DNA of 64,000 nucleotides from positions 768,001 through 832,000 of the forward strand of contig CAWAIF010000003.1 of NCBI GenBank assembly GCA_963782055.1, read 5' to 3'. Shown here piece by piece: positions 60,596-64,000 of the stretch. This DNA is from an uncultured delta proteobacterium. Lineage in GTDB: Bacteria; Myxococcota_A; Polyangia; Polyangiales; Polyangiaceae. Position 1 is the stretch's first letter, and every line of letters begins with the position of its first letter. Made by a program: the position numbers and the translations under genes. The notes under the pieces are model-generated. The model did no database searches. It was not told the origin of the DNA and worked only from the letters and a program-made list of their open reading frames with translations.

Positions 60596-62704
60596 ATGCG
60601 CAAGCTCGCCCTCGTCCTCGCCCTCGCCACCGCCTGCGGCGGCGGCACCCCCACGCCGGTCCCGCCCGTCACCTCCGCCCGGCCGGTCGTGGGCGCGGTC
60701 AAGGCGCCCGAGGGGCCGCCGCGGGAGGACGCCGGCCTCGTCCCGCGCAGCGTCTTCTTCGGCAACCCCGACCGCGCGCGGGTGCGCATCAGCCCGGACG
60801 GCAAGGAGCTCTCCTTCCTGGCGAGCGAGGCGGGCGTGCTCAACGTCTTCGTCGCCCCCGCGGACGAGCCATCCAGGGCGAAGGCGATCACCCACGAGCC
60901 GAAGCGCAACCTGCGCATCTACGCGTGGGCGATGGACAGCAAGTCGGTGCTGTACCTGCAGGACAAGGAGGGCGACGAGAACTGGCGGCTGCACGCGGTG
61001 GACGTCGCCACGGGCAAGGACCGCGAGCTCGTCGGCATCGACGGCGTACAGGTGCAGCTCCAGGACCTGAGCCCGAAGCGCCCGCACGAGGTGGTCATCG
61101 GCCTGAACGATCGCGACCGCAAGGACCACGACCTGTACGTGCTGGACATCGCCTCCGGCAAGCGCACCCTGCTCCAGAAGAACGAGGGCTTCGAGGGCTT
61201 CGTCGTCGACGACGACTTCAAGGTGCGCTTCGGCCTGAAGCCGCGGAAGGACGGCGGCACCGACGTCATGGAGCCCGCCGGGACGAAGGCGAAGCCGGAC
61301 TGGAAGCCCTTCACCACCATCCCGATGGCGGACCACCTGACGACCGAGCTGGTGGACTTCGACAAGGCGGGCAAGACGCTCTACATGCTCGACAGCCGCG
61401 GGAGGAACACCTCCGCCCTCGTCTCGGTCGACCTGAAGACGAAGAAGAGCACCGTGCTGCTGGACGATGGCCAGGCGGACCTGGAGTCGCTCTTCATCCA
61501 GCCTGTGCAGAAGACGGTGCAGGCCGCGGAGGCCAACTACGAGCGCCGCCGCTGGCACGTCATCGACCCGGCGTTGCAGCCCGACTTCGACACCCTGCGC
61601 GCCGTGAGCGAGGGCGACATCGCCATCACCTCCCGCTCGCTGGACGACACGCGCTGGCTCGTCGCCTACGAGACCGAGGGCGCCACCCGCTACTACCGCT
61701 ACGACCGGCCGAAGGCGACGAAGGGAAAGACCAAGAAGAAGGAGGAGCGCAAGGCGACGTTCCTCTTCGTGAGCGACGACGCCCTGGCGAAGGTCAAGCT
61801 CGCCAAGATGCGCCCCGTCATCCTGAAGTCTCGCGACGGGATGGACCTGGTCAGCTACGTGACCCTCCCCGCGGGCACCGACCCCGACGGCGACGGCGTC
61901 CCGGCGAAGCCGCTGCCGACGGTGCTCTTCGTGCACGGCGGCCCGTGGGCGCGCGACGAGTGGGGCCCCAACCCGATGACGCAGTGGCTCGCCAGCCGCG
62001 GCTACGCGGTGCTGCAGGTCAACTACCGCGGGTCCACCGGCTTCGGGAAGGCCTTCGTCAACGCGGGCAACACCGAGTGGGCCGGCAAGATGCACGACGA
62101 CCTGGTCGACGCCGTCGCGTGGGCCAAGGCGCAGAAGATCGCCGACCCGGCGAAGGTGGCGATCCTGGGCGGCAGCTACGGCGGCTACGCGACGCTGGTG
62201 GGCCTCACCTTCACGCCGGACCTCTTCGCGTGCGGCGTGGACATCGTCGGGCCGTCCAACTTGCTCACGCTGCTGTCCACCATCCCTCCGTACTGGCACT
62301 CGGCGTTCGAGGACATGACCCGCCGCATCGGCGACCCCCGCACCGCCGCGGGCCGCAAGCTGCTGCTCGCGCGCTCTCCCCTCACCCGTGTCGACGCCAT
62401 CCGGAAGCCGCTGCTCATCGGCCAGGGGCGCAACGACCCGCGGGTCAAGCAGTCGGAGTCCGACCAGATCGTGCAGGCGATGCAGAAGCGGGGGATCCCG
62501 GTGACGTACGTCCTTTACCCCGACGAGGGTCACGGCTTCGCGCGCGCCGAGAACAAGCTCTCCTTCGACGCGGTGGCGGAGATCTTCCTCGCCCAGTGCC
62601 TGGGCGGCCCGTATCAGCCCATCGGAGACGACTTCAAGGGCTCGTCCATCACCGTCCCGGCCGGCAAGGACCGGATCTGGTCGCTGAGCAGGTCCCTCCC
62701 CTGA
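60596..62704 (+). CDS. S9-family (acylaminoacyl/dipeptidyl) peptidase, lipoprotein
   Basis: Lipobox LATAC; VHGGP, NYRGSTG, GGSYGG, NDPRV, DEGHGF. Confidence 0.93.
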   Translation: MRKLALVLALATACGGGTPTPVPPVTSARPVVGAVKAPEGPPREDAGLVPRSVFFGNPDRARVRISPDGKELSFLASEAGVLNVFVAPADEPSRAKAITHEPKRNLRIYAWAMDSKSVLYLQDKEGDENWRLHAVDVATGKDRELVGIDGVQVQLQDLSPKRPHEVVIGLNDRDRKDHDLYVLDIASGKRTLLQKNEGFEGFVVDDDFKVRFGLKPRKDGGTDVMEPAGTKAKPDWKPFTTIPMADHLTTELVDFDKAGKTLYMLDSRGRNTSALVSVDLKTKKSTVLLDDGQADLESLFIQPVQKTVQAAEANYERRRWHVIDPALQPDFDTLRAVSEGDIAITSRSLDDTRWLVAYETEGATRYYRYDRPKATKGKTKKKEERKATFLFVSDDALAKVKLAKMRPVILKSRDGMDLVSYVTLPAGTDPDGDGVPAKPLPTVLFVHGGPWARDEWGPNPMTQWLASRGYAVLQVNYRGSTGFGKAFVNAGNTEWAGKMHDDLVDAVAWAKAQKIADPAKVAILGGSYGGYATLVGLTFTPDLFACGVDIVGPSNLLTLLSTIPPYWHSAFEDMTRRIGDPRTAAGRKLLLARSPLTRVDAIRKPLLIGQGRNDPRVKQSESDQIVQAMQKRGIPVTYVLYPDEGHGFARAENKLSFDAVAEIFLAQCLGGPYQPIGDDFKGSSITVPAGKDRIWSLSRSLP

Positions 62705-62709
62705 TCCGC

Positions 62710-63600
62710 TCAGTTGGGCGGGACGTTGCAGTCGCAGCAGGTCTGGTTGGTGATCGTCGCCAGGGCCTTCTTCAGGGCGGGGCCGTCGCTCGCCTTGAAG
62801 TAGAGGGGGGTGGTGTAGCTCTGGATGTTCGCGCTTGCCTTGCAGCCGGCCGAGGTGCACGTGCACGAGCTGGCGAAGTTGGACGCGGTGTGGCCGGCGC
62901 ACGCCAGGTTGTTGAGGAGCACCGGGTCGTCGTCGCCGCCGAAGCCCACGACGAACGTCTTGATGCCCGCCTTCTCGAGCTGCTGCGCGATGCCGATGTC
63001 GTAGTCGCTCGTGTTGCACGAGCAGCACTCCCCGCCGTCGGTGACGAGCACCACGTACTGCGGCCGGTCGCCGGTCTTCGCGGCGGCGAGGGTGCTCAGC
63101 GCCGACTGGAGCGCCCCGCCGATGGGCGTGCCGTAGTCGAGCTGCGGGGACATCGTGGTGAGCGCGTTGCCGACGGCGGCGCTGGCCCCGAGCTTCATCG
63201 GGACGACGAGCTGGCTGGAGCAGGTGGCGCCGCCCACCTGCGGCAGCACCTCCAGGCCGAAGCGCACGCTGGTGTCGGTGGGCGGCTTGGTGATGGCCTC
63301 GATCGCCGAGATCGCCAGGTTGATGCGGCTGCCCTGGTTGGCGACCCCGAGGCTCATGCTGTCGCTCCGGTCGAGGATGATGAGCATGTCCGGCGGGTCG
63401 CACGACGGGCCCGCCTCCGCAGGGTGGACGTCGGGGCTGGCGTCGGGGAACTGGAAGTCGCCCGAGTCGCCCGCGCCCGCGCCCGCATCGGCGGCGGGGT
63501 CGGCCCCCGGACCGGGGTCGGAGGGCTGCGTGCTGGCGACGCACCCGGCGAGAAGGAACAGGGGAACGAAGGCGAAGGCGAAGCGGGGACGAGGGCTCAT
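62710..63600 (-). CDS. vWA-domain lipoprotein, Cys-rich
   Basis: Lipobox LAGC; MIDAS DRSDS, GTP, VTDG, VVGFG. Confidence 0.88.
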   Translation of the reverse strand: MSPRPRFAFAFVPLFLLAGCVASTQPSDPGPGADPAADAGAGAGDSGDFQFPDASPDVHPAEAGPSCDPPDMLIILDRSDSMSLGVANQGSRINLAISAIEAITKPPTDTSVRFGLEVLPQVGGATCSSQLVVPMKLGASAAVGNALTTMSPQLDYGTPIGGALQSALSTLAAAKTGDRPQYVVLVTDGGECCSCNTSDYDIGIAQQLEKAGIKTFVVGFGGDDDPVLLNNLACAGHTASNFASSCTCTSAGCKASANIQSYTTPLYFKASDGPALKKALATITNQTCCDCNVPPN

Positions 63601-63615
63601 GATGGCCCGAGGCAG

Positions 63616-63631
63616 TGCAGCGCTCGTGCCA
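63616..63631 (-). promoter_or_regulatory. Sigma54 (-24/-12) promoter
   Basis: TGGCACG-AGCG-CTGCA, 15 nt upstream of the vWA start. Confidence 0.55.
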
Positions 63632-63759
63632 CGGTCCGCCGCGCGCCGGAGGCCTGAAAAGACGGGCTCGGCGGTGGGCGGGAGGCGCACCCGGCCCGGT
63701 GCTCGCCCCTGGGGGCATTGCGGCCAGGGGTGGGGGAGGAGTGACCGCCTACCGGCGCG

Positions 63760-63999
63760 TCAGGGCCACTGGTCGGCGGCGAGCCCGTCGGTGCCGCCCG
63801 AGGCGCCGCCCGTTCCGCCGGTGCCGTGGAAGAGCAAGGGGTTGCCGTTGAGCGTCACGCTGCCGGCGCCGCCCTGCACGGCTGCGTACGACACGCCGCC
63901 GCCGCCGCCGCCGCCCTGTCCGCCGGTGCCACCGGTGCCGCCATTGCCACCCGCGGCGCCGCCGTCCAGCGTGTAGCCGCTGACCAGAGTCCCGCTACA
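63760..63999 (-). CDS. C-terminal fragment of a Gly-rich (GGxGG-repeat) protein running off the window
   Basis: Translates as ..GGNGGTGGTGGQGGGGGGGVSY..DQWP*. Confidence 0.65.
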   Translation of the reverse strand, partial: CSGTLVSGYTLDGGAAGGNGGTGGTGGQGGGGGGGVSYAAVQGGAGSVTLNGNPLLFHGTGGTGGASGGTDGLAADQWP

Positions 64000-64000
64000 G

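Overview
A very GC-rich bacterial window. Gene content (pilT, a TonB-fused TonB-dependent receptor, a membrane Ser/Thr kinase, many Ala/Asp/Gly-linker lipoproteins, ferritin-like and vWA lipoproteins) suggests a myxobacterium; this is inference. The dominant structure is an ~11 kb tandem duplication (copy 1 ~4600-15624, copy 2 ~15625-27268) of 11 genes. The copies are a mosaic: about one base in ten differs by eye, mostly at synonymous positions, but there are near-identical tracts. The copies carry reciprocal deletions (982 bp lost from a beta-propeller lipoprotein in copy 1; 183 bp lost in frame from a response regulator in copy 2), and the junction cuts a SrfC-like GTPase gene. That gene belongs to a tightly coupled four-gene operon (GrpE-like / SrfA-like / SrfC-like dynamin-type GTPase / Sel1-repeat membrane protein) with no SrfB in the window, which is the best candidate for an undescribed system. 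The rest holds glmS, dtd, an arylsulfatase, a Cys-less pentameric ligand-gated ion channel homologue, TolC, pilT, a CPA2-USP-EIIA antiporter, Fur plus a TonB-dependent receptor, a TerB-Coq4-like fusion, a kinase and an S9 peptidase. No rRNA, tRNA, CRISPR array, transposase or integrase was recognised. All family calls are motif-based by eye, with no database search.
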